DNA of 64,000 bases from Octopus vulgaris (lineage: Eukaryota). Where the stretch lies: positions 45,198,001 through 45,262,000 of the forward strand of contig OX597815.1 in NCBI GenBank assembly GCA_951406725.2, read 5' to 3'. The position numbers and the translations under genes were made by a program. Below are positions 24,984 through 37,976 of the stretch, one piece after another. The notes under the pieces are model-generated. The model made no database searches. It saw only the letters and a list, made by a program, of their open reading frames with translations, and was not told the DNA's origin. How positions within the stretch are numbered: the first letter of the stretch is position 1; every line of letters starts with the position of its first letter.

Positions 24984-25229
24984 TATATATATAATCTGTA
25001 TGTGTGTATGTATGTAGATACGTATTTGTTACATCATGTATTGAAGTAGCAAGAAAAAAAAATTAATAACAAACATAGAAACCTGTCTTTGGAAAGATCA
25101 TCTGACCTGAAAAATCTCAAACCAGATATCAAATGCGTATGTCTTCTGGTTGTCATAGTATAACTTTCCGTCTAATCTGTTGCTTTCTTCATCTTTTATA
25201 TGTAGGAGACGAAAAGTAGCACTACTTAC

Positions 25230-25292
25230 AACCATCCCAGAATTCGTTCATCGCTACGTACGTGCAGGTATTGTAGAGAACACCCTGCTGAC
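25230..25292 (-). other. Candidate 63-nt internal exon of an unidentified host gene
   Basis: Minus strand ...acctttcag|GTCAGC...GATGGTT|gtaagt. Length is a multiple of 3, two frames are open, and the sequence is non-repetitive. No homology recognised. Confidence 0.3.
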
Positions 25293-25832
25293 CTGAAAGG
25301 TATTGTAAACGCCAGTTGAAATTGATTCGAGAACTTCTGTGAATGACTGATTCCATGGCAGTCAAATATCTACATTTAATGCATACCAACAAAGCAATCG
25401 ACCGGCGATGTTGACGAAATGATATAAGCAAATTGAAGACATTGAAAGATTTCTTACTTTAAGCCCTCTGGATTTTAAAATAAATTTCTTGATTGAATAT
25501 AATCTTTTCTACTCTAGGCACAAGGCCCAAAATTTTGGGGAGGGGGGATCAGCCGATTAGATCGACCCCAGTATGCAACTCGTACTTAATTTATCGACCC
25601 CGAAAGGATGAAAGGCAAAGTCGACCTCGGCGGAATTTGAAGTCGAATGCATGAAAACTGCTTAACTGCGCCCAAACTAAAATTTTCAGAGACAGAATCT
25701 ACGTGTGCGACGAATGTAGAAGGAACCGAATAAATAAGCAAACCTCAATGAAGTAAAAAGCTGCGGTTCTCCTTCTCCTTAATCAGGACTGTCTCTTTTT
25801 GAAAGTACCCGACAGTTCTAGTAGGGGGTGAA

Positions 25833-26253
25833 GGCGATCTTTCGTCTCTAGTAGACCTTTCCGTCGATTTCCGTAAAAAAATTTTTTTTTTTTTACATAT
25901 GGGCTTGCGGGAACTTTTGAAGTAATATACATACATATACACATACACCGAGTAAAAAATTTCAGTTATCTCTTTCTTTCACACATTACTCTGTCTCTTC
26001 ACACACACTAACAGAAGCACTTCACTTACGCAACATACTGTCTGTCTCCCACACTCCATCATACACACACACACATGTCCATCAATGCTCCCATGCACGG
26101 TAACTTCAAAAGAACTTCTCTCGTCATACAATCGCTTTCTCTTAGTCTCTTTCGCTCTCATTACTTCAAAAGTTCCCGCAAGCCCATATGTAAAAAAAAA
26201 AAAAATTTTTTACGGAAATCGACGGAAAGGTCTACTAGAGACGAAAGATTGCC
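25833..26253. mobile_element. Mutator (MULE)-type MITE with ~94-bp TIRs and 9-bp TSD GGGGGTGAA
   Basis: 25833-25926 is a near-perfect reverse complement of 26160-26253. TSD at 25824-25832 and 26254-26262. Termini begin with G. Confidence 0.9.
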
Positions 26254-27370
26254 GGGGGTGAATATCAGAAAGGATATAATGAGGAGAGTGACAGAGTGTG
26301 TAAGACAAGTTGCTAATTCTTTGTTTTATGTTCTTCACTGGAGATATGAAGAAGTTATTCTGATAGATTTGTGTTTAAATATTCCTCCTCGTTATGGTTC
26401 TTGAATAGAACCAGCTATCGACAACTAGCTTTCTCACCGATAATATATCAAACAAATTAAAAGTAAGTTAATCAAATACTATTTCAAAATAGTATTCAAC
26501 CATCAATTTTTAAAATATGGCTTGGCTTAGTTTTAGCCTCCTTTCTTTTGTTCACGGTTCATATTTGCCTAAAGTGAATATAACAAGTTTGAAGTTCACT
26601 AATAATCTGAAGTTGTTTAGTTTTCAATGGAACCGAATTAGTGATTGTTCTATATGGCTATTGAGTACAATATTCTCTTTTGTTTTTTGTAGACTCATCA
26701 ACATTTCAATCTTTCTTAGTGTTCTCACTATATGTAAATGTATACGAATGTGTGTATTTGTGTACTTGTCTGTTTGTTCCTGAATGTATCTATTAATAAA
26801 GAAAGAAAGCGCTAAAGAAAGACAACTAAGGTTTATAAAAATAAACCTAGCTTACCGAGATAAACTCTGATCAAAACACTACTAAAAATACGTAAAGAAA
26901 GCTGTAAAATAAACAGAGTTAACATTGCAGTCAAAAATGAATCAGGATTTACAAAGTATTACAATCTTTTCTGCAGACTGTCGAGTATTTGTCTTTTATA
27001 TGTTTAACATTTACCTTCGTCAGTCATAAACTTTTTATTCTTTCTTTCACTGTCCACCATATGTAATTGTCGTATGGTGGTTTCACCCGTATATTGAAGG
27101 ATTTCTTCATTCCTATTACATTAATCGTTGTCCTGTTTTAGTTTACTTTCTCTTACCAATCTTTTCCGTAATTATTTAACACGACTTCTATTTATGTATC
27201 ATTTAGGAAATATCGGAATATTTTCTTTTGGTCGTTTTGTTACTTTTTTTTTCTTTGTTTGATCCCTTTTCGTACCAACCACCACGCTTTACTGTAACAC
27301 TGACTATTTTACAATGGTTTCTCCTCCTTCTCTCTCTCTCTTTTCCTAATCTTTCTATCTCTCTTACTTT

Positions 27371-27413
<43 letters not shown>

Positions 27414-27699
27414 TCTGTGTGTGTGTGTGTGTATCTCTGTGTCACTCGGTTCTTTTCTTTTTACTTACTGTTGTTCTTTGGCTATTGTTGTTGTTCTTCA
27501 CGTTATCGTTGTCGTCGCTGACACCAATTGCACTGCGATGTTATTTCAGCTTTAACTTCACCTACGACTTCAGCTGTCATGAAACCAAATAAAACGAAAA
27601 TTCCACGCCACCACATCTCGGTTGGTGCGAGAATTACAAATTCAATACTAAACACAAGCTGTGACAATATGGTTAAAATTAGGGTTAACCATATTAGTT

Positions 27700-28664
27700 G
27701 TACATACATACATATACATAAACACACACACATACATAAACATAAGCACACACATATATACAAACTCACATACATACATACATACATACATACATACATA
27801 CATACATACATACACACACATACACACACATACACATATACACACATACATACATACATACATACATACATACATACATACAACATACATACATACATAC
27901 ATGCATACATACATACACACATACACACATACATACATACATACATACACACACATACACACATACATGCATACATACATACATACATACACACATACAT
28001 ACATACACACACACACATACACACATACACACATACACACATAAATACATACATACATACACACACACACATACACATACACACATACACACGCACGCAC
28101 GCACGCACGCACGCACGCGCGCGCGCGCGCGCACACACACACACACACATACATACATACATACATACATACATACATACATACACACACACGTACATCG
28201 AACATGTCTGACACATAAGGCAAATAAAAACATGGGAATTTGAAAGAAGCTTCTCAGAAAGTATTCTCTGACAGATAACGAATGATACACACACCCAGAC
28301 ATTTTGCAAAAATCTACTGCTACGGAAGATCGAATGGAAAACTTATCTATCTATATATAAAATCCTTGGTATCTCTGTCTATTCCTAATGCATTCTCAAA
28401 CGGCTAAACCAAATCAAATCAAATCTTACCTGATAATATTATCACGAGAGAGCCAACATGTAAATTTGGGGATTAAAACAATACAACTTTGGCACTGGTT
28501 CCGTATCAGATCTCAAAGCTCGAAGCATAAAAGTGAAACCTTCGACGGAGTAACAGATATAAATAGTTTCCTTTTATATTGTTTTAGTTTTAATAACTTC
28601 ACTTTTATATTGTTTCACTTTGAACAGTTTCACTCTTATTCTTTCACTTTTAATAGTTTCAATA

Positions 28665-28727
<63 letters not shown>

Positions 28728-28945
28728 ATATGTATACAAAGTATGGGGGTTTAGTTCACAGGTGATCTAAACGATTAGGTACGCTAGGTAAGTGTTGTAA
28801 CGGATGATGCAGCTCCAAGGTTATAGCCGAGACGGTACTTAAGGAGTCATTGCAGATTTCCGATGCAGCGGATGACATCCTGTTTAATTGTTACATATGT
28901 GTGTGTGTGCCTGTGTGTTTTTATGTGTTTATATATGTATGTGTT

Positions 28946-28977
<32 letters not shown>

Positions 28978-29129
28978 TATATGTACATATATATGTATAT
29001 ATACATATATATATGTATATATATACATATATATATGTATATATATACATATATATATATGTATATATATACATATATATATGAGTATATATAAATGAAT
29101 ATATATATATACATATACATACATACATC

Positions 29130-29200
<71 letters not shown>
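27700..29200. repeat. Microsatellite blocks (CATA)n/(CA)n/(CG)n and (TA)n
   Basis: 27700-28195 and 28900-29200, by direct reading. Confidence 0.9.
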
Positions 29201-29201
<1 letters not shown>

Positions 29202-29494
29202 TATAGCCTCAGGCCGACTAAAGCCTTGTCAGTGGATTTTGTACACGGAAACTGAAAGAATACTGTCGTATATATGTGTATATTTGTGTGTGTTTGCACC
29301 TCCACCATCGCCTGACAGCCGATGTTGCTGTGTTTACGTCCACGTAATGTAGCGGTTCGGCAAGATATATCGATAAAATAAGTACTAGAATAAGTGCTTA
29401 ATAATAGAGGGTCATGTAAAATTATGTTGTCACAGAAGGCCTTACAGTGACAGTGACAGGCAACCAAACAAGCCGATCTCTCACTTTAATGTGT

Positions 29495-29700
29495 TTGTTT
29501 CATTATCAAACAACTGGAAATTGCAAAACACGCGGTGCCCAATAGAGATAGGGAGGTGAGGAAAACATCTGGATGTGACAACCGATGCAGCTTATGTAAC
29601 ATCAGTACCAATGAGCTAACCAACACCGTGTTTTGTTCTCTGTAAATATCGCTTCTAGAGGCATGATAGTGGCCTAATGAATAAACAATATATGTTAAAA
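29495..29700 (+). pseudogene. Highly decayed RLE-type LINE zinc-knuckle fragment
   Basis: IKQLEIAK...CDNRCSLCN followed, out of frame, by RHD. Resembles the QEQ..CRxC..RHD region at 13870-14040. Confidence 0.45.
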
Positions 29701-29996
29701 AGATAGTCCAGTAGATCAAGCAGAAACAAAATTGGAGGAATTTTCAGGATCTCTGTAAAATTTTTTGCATGTATTTATATACATCGTCGCCAATATGGAA
29801 AGAGTCAATATCCAATAAAGACACATGGTTATTTTCATTGGAATTTAGATATCATTTATGTATATATGTATAAATATAGGTTCAGATGAATATGGTACTT
29901 TAGTTGAGGCACCAGAATTTAGTACGGTATTATCCATACAATTTCAAAGTAAGGTGATTGAAATCAAAATAAGCAACAAGGATATCCAGAGGTAAT

Positions 29997-30081
29997 GCAG
30001 AACGATCGTTTCATGCAACTCCATTTAATTGAACAATGCAATCATTATATCAATTTAAAATGTAAAGCAATCTTCAGCTGC
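29997..30081 (-). ncRNA. Type I hammerhead ribozyme motif (PLE-type, long stem II)
   Basis: gcag-CTGAAGA-ttgc...gcat-GAAA-cgatcg-TT-ctgc, with palindromic stem III and stem I gcag/ctgc. Confidence 0.7.
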
Positions 30082-30520
30082 TCAAAGGCATAGAATTTAA
30101 TTAAATTTGAACAGCCGCAAACATTAGTATAATTATACCTAAAATCTCCAAGAAGTTAAGGAGATAGACAAAGAACAGCATAGAAGTTATTAAAATTATC
30201 AAGAAGACTCTGCCTGTCACTGATTTTTTTTGTCTTTATGGGGTCAGTTTTAATTTATAGACTAGTTTATCAAATCCCCTGTATATCTAAGGCTGAGAGA
30301 ACAGAGGGCAGTATCTGTTAGGGGTAGGGCTGAGAGAGTAGACAGAAATTCTAGTTGGTATAGTCATTAAAAAATCAAGATTTATTATAAGCAATATCAT
30401 GAGGTTTAGTAAGGGAAAACTTGAAACAAGATGTTTGCTGATAATCAAGGGGGTCACCCACTAGCAGACTATTGATAATGAAATAGGGGCAGTCTTATCA
30501 CATGGTACTATAGTTAAATA

Positions 30521-32765
30521 TTTTAAACAATGTTGCTATATTGTATACAGTTAAAGTTTAGTGTTATTCAAAGGATTATTAAGAAGAATATTATAACAAA
30601 AGGATTGAAATTTATGAATACTTTTGAGTATATACCAAACTTTTACCACAATAGAGGGAGGAAAATAAATTATCCAGAAATAGTTTAATATTTATACATA
30701 TTGTATACTTAAATACTAACTCATCAGGTGGTATCTGTGAATATTGATTAATTGGTATATACTAGTATTAATAAAGGAGTATTGGGGTAAAGGAACCTGC
30801 TAATTATATATTAAATTTTTAATCTAAGCAGTATATTAATAACATTTTAATCTGAGTAGTAAATATGCCAGTATAGTTTTATATAAGTTAAGTATGAATT
30901 TATAGGGATACAAAAATTAGATTAATTTTATAAATAAATAAAGGCTAATTATAAAATAAAATAAAACAATCAAGTAGGGCAGAACACCATAGAAAAGGAA
31001 ATAAAATGGCTCAATTACTAATACTATGGTAAAGTATATGTAACTTATTAGCACCAATAGAGAAGATTCTTAGAAAAAGTATAATAATTTAAAATATATT
31101 AGACTAAAAATTATATATTTACTTATTTAGCTAATATCAATAAAAGACTAATGTTTAGTATCGGCTAAAAGAATATTTAAGTAATGGAACAATCATATTT
31201 TACACTAATCTTTTTTTTTTTAAATTAAGGGTTATATTATAGGTTTAAGAAGTTATTATTGTTACCCTCTACATGATATTTATAGTTTCTTAGTGCTATT
31301 TGTTTAGAAGGGTTATTTATATGAAAACCCTTATAAATACTAAGATCGGGAGGGTAGAGCCATTTAATAAATAAATAAATCAAGTAATTTCTAAAAATCA
31401 TTTCAAACAATATTGTCTTATTGTATAAAGTTAAAATTTAAGGTAATCAAGAAGATTACTAAGAATGAAATTTTAACAAAAGGATAAAACTTCTTTGAAT
31501 ATTTTGAGTACATACCAAATTTTTACCACAATAGAGGGAGGGAAAGAAAATTGCAAAGAAATAGTTTAATATCTTATTTACTTATTACTTATCTAAATAT
31601 TAACTTATTAAATGGTTTCTATGGAGATTGATCAATTGGATTTAACTGGTATTTAATAAGGGAGCAACTGAGGCCAAAGAACATGTTAGCTAATTACTGA
31701 TTTAATTAAATTGAACTTTTAAGTTGTACAGATACTGGTATTACCTCATATAAGCTGAGTATGAATTTATAGGGGTACAAGGATTAGATTTAGTTAAGGC
31801 TACTATAAAATAACAATAATAAAAATGATCAGTTAGGGTAGAGCATCATGGAAAAGGAATAAAAACAGCTTAATCACTAAAAACCATAATAAAATATCCA
31901 TACCTTATAAACTCCAATAGCAAGTATTTATAGAAAATGTATAATAATTTATGAGCTAAAAATTGTTAACTTATTTAGCTTGTTATTATCAGGACTAAAA
32001 CCCAGTATTGGTTGAAAGAATAATTGATGTTGAAAGGACATGCTAATCATATACTAATATTAAATTAAGAGGTATAATATAGATTTCAAAAGTTATTTGT
32101 CTTAATCCATAAATGATATTACAGTTTCTTAGGGGTACTTAATTAGAAGGGCTGTTTGTATAAAGCTGATATAAATGCCAAAATTAAGAGGACAGAACAC
32201 TTTAAGAAAGGGTTAAAAAACTTAGTTACTAAAACTATTTTAAACAATATGTCATTATTGTATAAAGTTAAAATTTAGGGTTATCAGGAAGATTTATCAT
32301 TTAGGCGAGAGAACAAATTTACTAAAAATTAGTTAAATTATAATTTAGGCAGTTTAATTTTAGCAGTTTAATTTTAAATTGTGAAGATACCCTTATTGTT
32401 TTTTTTATAAGCTAAGTATGGATTTATAGGGGTACCAAAATTTAGGTTTTTCTAAAGGTAATTTTAAAGTATTAAAATGATCGGGTAGGGTAGAAACACC
32501 ATAGAAAAGGGTATAAAATAGCTTAATCCCTAAAATCATGATGAAGTATATATACAACTTAGTAACTTCAATAGAGAAGATTTATAGAAAATATGTAATA
32601 ATTCAAGTATTTAAAATTAAAAATTGTTTTTTATTTTCTTAATTAGCTTTTGTCTTTAATCACTTATACCTAGTATTAACTAAAAGAAAAATAATGCTGT
32701 AGGGCATGCTACCTATGCACTGATTTTCAACTAAGAGGTACATTATAAGTTTTAAAACTCAAGAT
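30521..32765. repeat. Three diverged tandem units (~880, ~840 and a shortened ~530 bp)
   Basis: Collinear anchors: ttt(t/c)aaacaat at 30521/31401/32238, agtatg(a/g)atttatagg at 30891/31758/32415, taggg(c/t)aga...gaaaagg at ~30975/31835/32486. Confidence 0.8.
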
Positions 32766-32775
32766 CAATAAAGTG

Positions 32776-33195
32776 CTACTTTCTAAAATATTTTAAGGTA
32801 CAGGTGGTACTATGTACACATGATACCCTAAGGTCTAATCGATTATTAATCAGGTTGCCATTATTTTTATGCTTAAAAATTTCATATGTTTCCATAGAGC
32901 ACAGCTCACACCCATATCTGCTATTTCTATAAGGCAGAGATTTTCTTATTATTTCCCATTTAAGGCTAAACTCAGTTCCACTTTCTTTCAATTTCCAAAT
33001 CTTACTGGATAATGATGTACAAATCGCTTTATGTTTAAGTTTAAAAGACGATACATGATTGTTTAATATGCTGTTTCAAATTAATCGAACAACTGAAGTA
33101 AATATAATTATTAGTTGTATTTATTATTGTGCATTTATATACTACGTTCTGGCCCAATAATGGACAGCGGGATTTAACCCTAACAATTACAATTA
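32776..33195 (-). pseudogene. GIY-YIG endonuclease relic of a Penelope-like element (Cys-rich, Naiad-like)
   Basis: With frameshifts: CNC/RVKSRCPLLGQNVVYKC...NHVSSFKLK...TSLSSKIWKLKE...WEIIRKSLPY...CELC..E..I...LINNR..RVSCVH. Confidence 0.75.
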
Positions 33196-33710
33196 GGAGA
33201 ATTATTATTATTAATATTAGTATTATTAAGTTTTAAATTATTATTTCCATTTATATTGTTAATATTTTCGCTATTAATAATTACATTATCAAGTATGTTA
33301 TGTTCATGCCTATTATTTTCTAACTCCAATCATATTATCATATAAAATCAGCTCTGCATCATCAGTCATACAAGTAGTTTCCATGCATACAAGTAAGTTT
33401 TCCCTTACTAAACCTCATGATATTGCTTATAATAAATCTTGATATTTTTATGACTATACCAACCAGAATATCTGTCTTCTCTCAGCCTCAGATTTACAAG
33501 GGATTTGATAAACTAGTCTATAAATTAAAACTGACCCCATAAAGACAAAAAATCAATGACAGGCAGAGTCTTCTTGATAATTTTAGTAACTTCTATGCTG
33601 AAGTAGAGACAACATGTTCTTTGTCTATCTCCTTAACTTCTTGGAGATTTTAGGTATAATTATTCTAATGTGTTCATCTGTTCTAATTTAATTAAATTCT
33701 ATGTCTTTGT

Positions 33711-33795
33711 GCAGCTGAAGATTGCTCTACATTTTAAATTGATGTAATGATCACATTGCCCAATTAAATGGAATTGCATGAAACGATCGCACTGC
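33711..33795 (+). ncRNA. Hammerhead ribozyme motif, second arm (U16.1 mutated to C)
   Basis: gcag-CTGAAGA-ttgc...gcat-GAAA-cgatcg-CA-ctgc. Confidence 0.65.
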
Positions 33796-33825
33796 ATTAC
33801 CTCTGGATATCCTTATTTTGATATG

Positions 33826-33879
<54 letters not shown>

Positions 33880-34077
33880 TGCACCTATATATATATATAG
33901 GTGTATGTGCACATATGCATATGTATATATCTACACATGTGTAATACATGTACGCATATATATACATATACATATTCTTTTATTCTTTTATATGTTTCAG
34001 CCATTTGACTTCGGCATGCAGGAGCACCGCTTTGAAGGGTTTTAATCGAAGAAATCAACTCCAAGACTATGTATACA

Positions 34078-34149
<72 letters not shown>

Positions 34150-34158
34150 GTATGTATA

Positions 34159-34230
<72 letters not shown>

Positions 34231-34240
34231 TATGTGTATA

Positions 34241-34311
<71 letters not shown>

Positions 34312-34316
<5 letters not shown>

Positions 34317-35055
34317 GCGACTCCAGGTCATCAGCGTCACTCAGGCTCGTCACGGATTTCGCATAAGACACATGCCTGCTTGAAGAATTTCAGGTTTTTC
34401 GCAATATTTCTAGCCCCAAAATCGCTTACTTTTTATATCTAGTACTATATCTTCCTCCATATTTAAGTTAAGCGTAAAAATAAAGCAACCATGCAAAACA
34501 CAACTCATCTTTGCACACAGACACACAGAATAACAGCAATCAAATAACGACAGCGGAGTGCATAACAAACATCAGCGAGCTGTACGCTTGACAAGAGATG
34601 CTAGTTAGTCTTTTACACCAACCAGGCTCGTTCGTTTGCCCGAGGTGCTGGATGATTTTTCGCTCTTTTGAGAATATCGTAAAATGGAAACTTTTCATAG
34701 ATTGGAATTTAAATCCTAATCTTTATAGAAATTTATTGCCTCAAGAAAACATTGAATTTGAAGTACTTTTAATTTTTACGATTATAGATAACAACCGGGC
34801 TGTAACTTCTGAACCCGAGTCAGGTCCTTGTGAATGATGTCGCGAGAACATATGTTACGAACGATATTTTTTGACACAAGGCACCTCTAAGACGACCGCC
34901 AGACGGTGAACGAAAATAAATAAACTGCGACCAGGCTCACTAAAAGGAGGCCGAGTTACTGGCTGAAATTACTTCAGTGTTGGCAGAAATTAAATCAGCT
35001 TGCAAATACACGTTCACTTTACAAAAATTATACTCGGGCTAAGGCCGAACAGCCG
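34312..35055 (-). mobile_element. Second copy of the CAGTGGCGAC-ended non-autonomous DNA element, within (TA)n
   Basis: Reverse complement aligns along its length with 7100-7710 and ~9010-9074. Both flanks are (TA)n. Confidence 0.82.
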
Positions 35056-35067
35056 ATATATATATAT

Positions 35068-35126
<59 letters not shown>

Positions 35127-35144
35127 AATACATATACTTACATG

Positions 35145-35181
<37 letters not shown>

Positions 35182-36039
35182 GCATGTATGCTTCTATGTA
35201 TGTATGTACGTATATATGTGGTGGGACGTATTTATGTATGTGTGCGAGGTTAACAGTCCAGTGGATGTTAACATAAAGCTAAGATAAAAATAACCTCCTA
35301 TTGCACCTAGACTATATCTGTAAGTTTATCCATGCCTTTAATTATTATTGTATATATTTATGTAATTAACTGTCATATGACCAATGTAGAGAATTTAGGC
35401 TTCACAAAATCAGAAAAGGCAAACAGCTAATTGAGAAATTGAAATTACAGATCAGTTATTGAACAGTGAAGTTATGTGAAGCATTCCAGACGTCCTCCCT
35501 GTTACATGTACAATGGTAAATCAGTTACAGTGCAATGTTATTCCAGCTTAAACTTCATCAACGACATCAGCTATAAAAAAAACTAATGAAAATTCCATCG
35601 GCAAGTGACGACAATATGGTTAGAATTACTATTAGTTTCATTATTTGTGTCTTCTTCATGGCTTCATGAGCGGATATTTTCGGTGGTGGATGTTACAGGT
35701 TTGCTGATGCCTGCCTGACAAGTCCAATTCGAGACAAACAAGCACTATCGCAGAAGCTGTATGAGAAGGTGGGCTGGCCAGGATTAGTCATAGTGTTCTT
35801 GTTATAGCAAAGCATAATTACAAGAACACATAGACACACACACATACACAGGCACACACACACACACACATACATACACGTGCATGCACATACATATATT
35901 CTTAACATAACATAGCATACATAAAAATAGACACACATGCATATATACACATCATATCTAAATTCCAATGGATAAAGCCTTATTTCATGTGTTTGCGCAT
36001 ATATGCCTTTGTTTATATATACATATGTATTTATGCAAG

Positions 36040-36078
<39 letters not shown>

Positions 36079-36426
36079 TTATATATATATATTTATATAT
36101 ACATAAGAAAGCAAGCAAGTGTGCATGTGTTTACATGCGTGTCTAACGAATAGATTTCGACAATCACTTTGCCAAAAGTCTGTTGATGGTGTCTGGTATA
36201 ACCACTAGTGATCAGTGGAAATACTATGTCAGCTGTCGTCTGGAAATATCATTTGATGAAGGAATGGAGAAGTAATAGAAGTTCAAGATACTCATTAATT
36301 CTTTCCAATAAAAATAAACATTATATTTTGCAAGCATTGCCATGTAGAGAAATATTACACTTGTCTGAACTTACAATGTAAAATAGATAACGTTATACAC
36401 ACACACACATGCCTGCACACACGCTT

Positions 36427-36457
<31 letters not shown>

Positions 36458-36503
36458 TGCACACACAACGACACACATAAATGTAAGTGCATATGTATAT
36501 ATT

Positions 36504-36550
<47 letters not shown>

Positions 36551-37945
36551 ATATATATAAATATATACATACACATATATGTATGCACACACGTATACAC
36601 ACATACATATATATGGGTGTGTTCATATATATATATGTATATGTATATATATATATGTATATATATGTATATGTATATATATATGTATATATGTATATAT
36701 ATATATATATATACTCATATTTATACATACATTTATATAGACATATAGACATAAGTACATACATACAGTTCGTATGGCTAGGGATTTGTTATCTTACATC
36801 ACTTCATACTGCTTTAATATATTTTAAATCTCTTCTATCTTTCTATAAGTTCTATTTACTATAGTTACAGACAGATTATAAATAGTTTTCCAACACTTTT
36901 CGCTTAATGCCGCAAACATTCTGGTGTGCATGTATGTGTGGTGTAAGAGAATAGAGCGCAAATGAATTTGTAAAAGGTGAAGAATACAAGACTACCAGTT
37001 TTCCGTAGCTGAAGTTCAAGTGGCTAATGCTTTTACAACCAGCTTTTTTGTGGAAACATACACATCAAATATCATACAACAGCAATTCTTGATTTATTAA
37101 AATCATCTCCGCTTCTAGAAGATTTATCACAATTAACAAATGGCAATAAAAGCCAATTTTATTTGAAAAGGGGAGATAATCTCAGCAATCAAGATTTCTC
37201 GAAAATGGACGTGCATTTAAGGAAAATGACAATCTGGACATAAGAGGACAGTCTTGGAGGTGTGTTTCTGCCTCGGTAGTTGTCATCAGCACGTCAGTTG
37301 CTTAAACTTGTCTCCTGTAACCCAGGGACTTGGATTTATACAAAATAGAGTAGAATACATTTATGGCCTAGGTAATTTACAAAATATAAACAAAAATGAG
37401 ATAACGTAAATAACTCAAGGCGATCAGTTGCATGTACTTGAACAACAAAGACTAATTCTGGTATAATGTATATAAAATACTATTACAACCTAAACTGTTC
37501 ATTGATTCAAACTATCCGTGTCTATAGAGGCACAGATAAATCCTCTTGAGACGCAGATAATTTTACTTAAAAAAGTGTTTTTGTATGGTATCTGATATAC
37601 CTGTATTTGTTTATTTTGCGTTAAAAGTTGACGACGTTTAATCTAGTTACACTTCACAACAAAAAAATAAATTGCTTAGTTAATGCTATTTCAAATTTTT
37701 ATATCGTTATTTCCATTCTATTAAATTCCAAAGCTCACACAGCCCACTTCACTATTACACTGTTCTTCAGCCCAGTTTGGTGCTGACTGTACCTTATCCC
37801 ACTGTACAGTTGGGTAATCCTCAGGTTGATGTATGGTTTGCCATATATTTCAGAAGTAGCGGTCGTACGTTTCTGCCTCGTACTGATTTTTACATTGAAA
37901 AATCTTAACAGTTAAATCACAATTAAAAAATGTGTATCTATTTGC

Positions 37946-37976
<31 letters not shown>

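Larger units (their letters stand above)
29963..33822 (-). mobile_element. Penelope-like element, 5'-truncated, with inverted pseudo-LTR arms
   Basis: 29963-30422 is an imperfect reverse complement of 33395-33822. Each arm has a hammerhead motif, and a GIY-YIG relic lies inside on the minus strand. Confidence 0.8.

Noticed and set aside
30521-32765. Possible NUMT (AT-rich, hydrophobic minus-strand readings)
   Set aside because: No recognisable mitochondrial protein, rRNA or tRNA motif; the sequence is a diverged tandem triplication inside a PLE.
35699-35768. Plus-strand exon-like segment (FADACLTSPIRDKQALSQKLYEK)
   Set aside because: No polypyrimidine tract, weak donor, no recognisable homology.
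37793-37882. Minus-strand reading RQKR...INLRITQLYSGIR, which joined to the 25230-25292 candidate vaguely resembles an FGF N-terminal core
   Set aside because: Poor splice acceptor, intron positions do not match conserved FGF introns, and no downstream FGF exons were found; likely chance.
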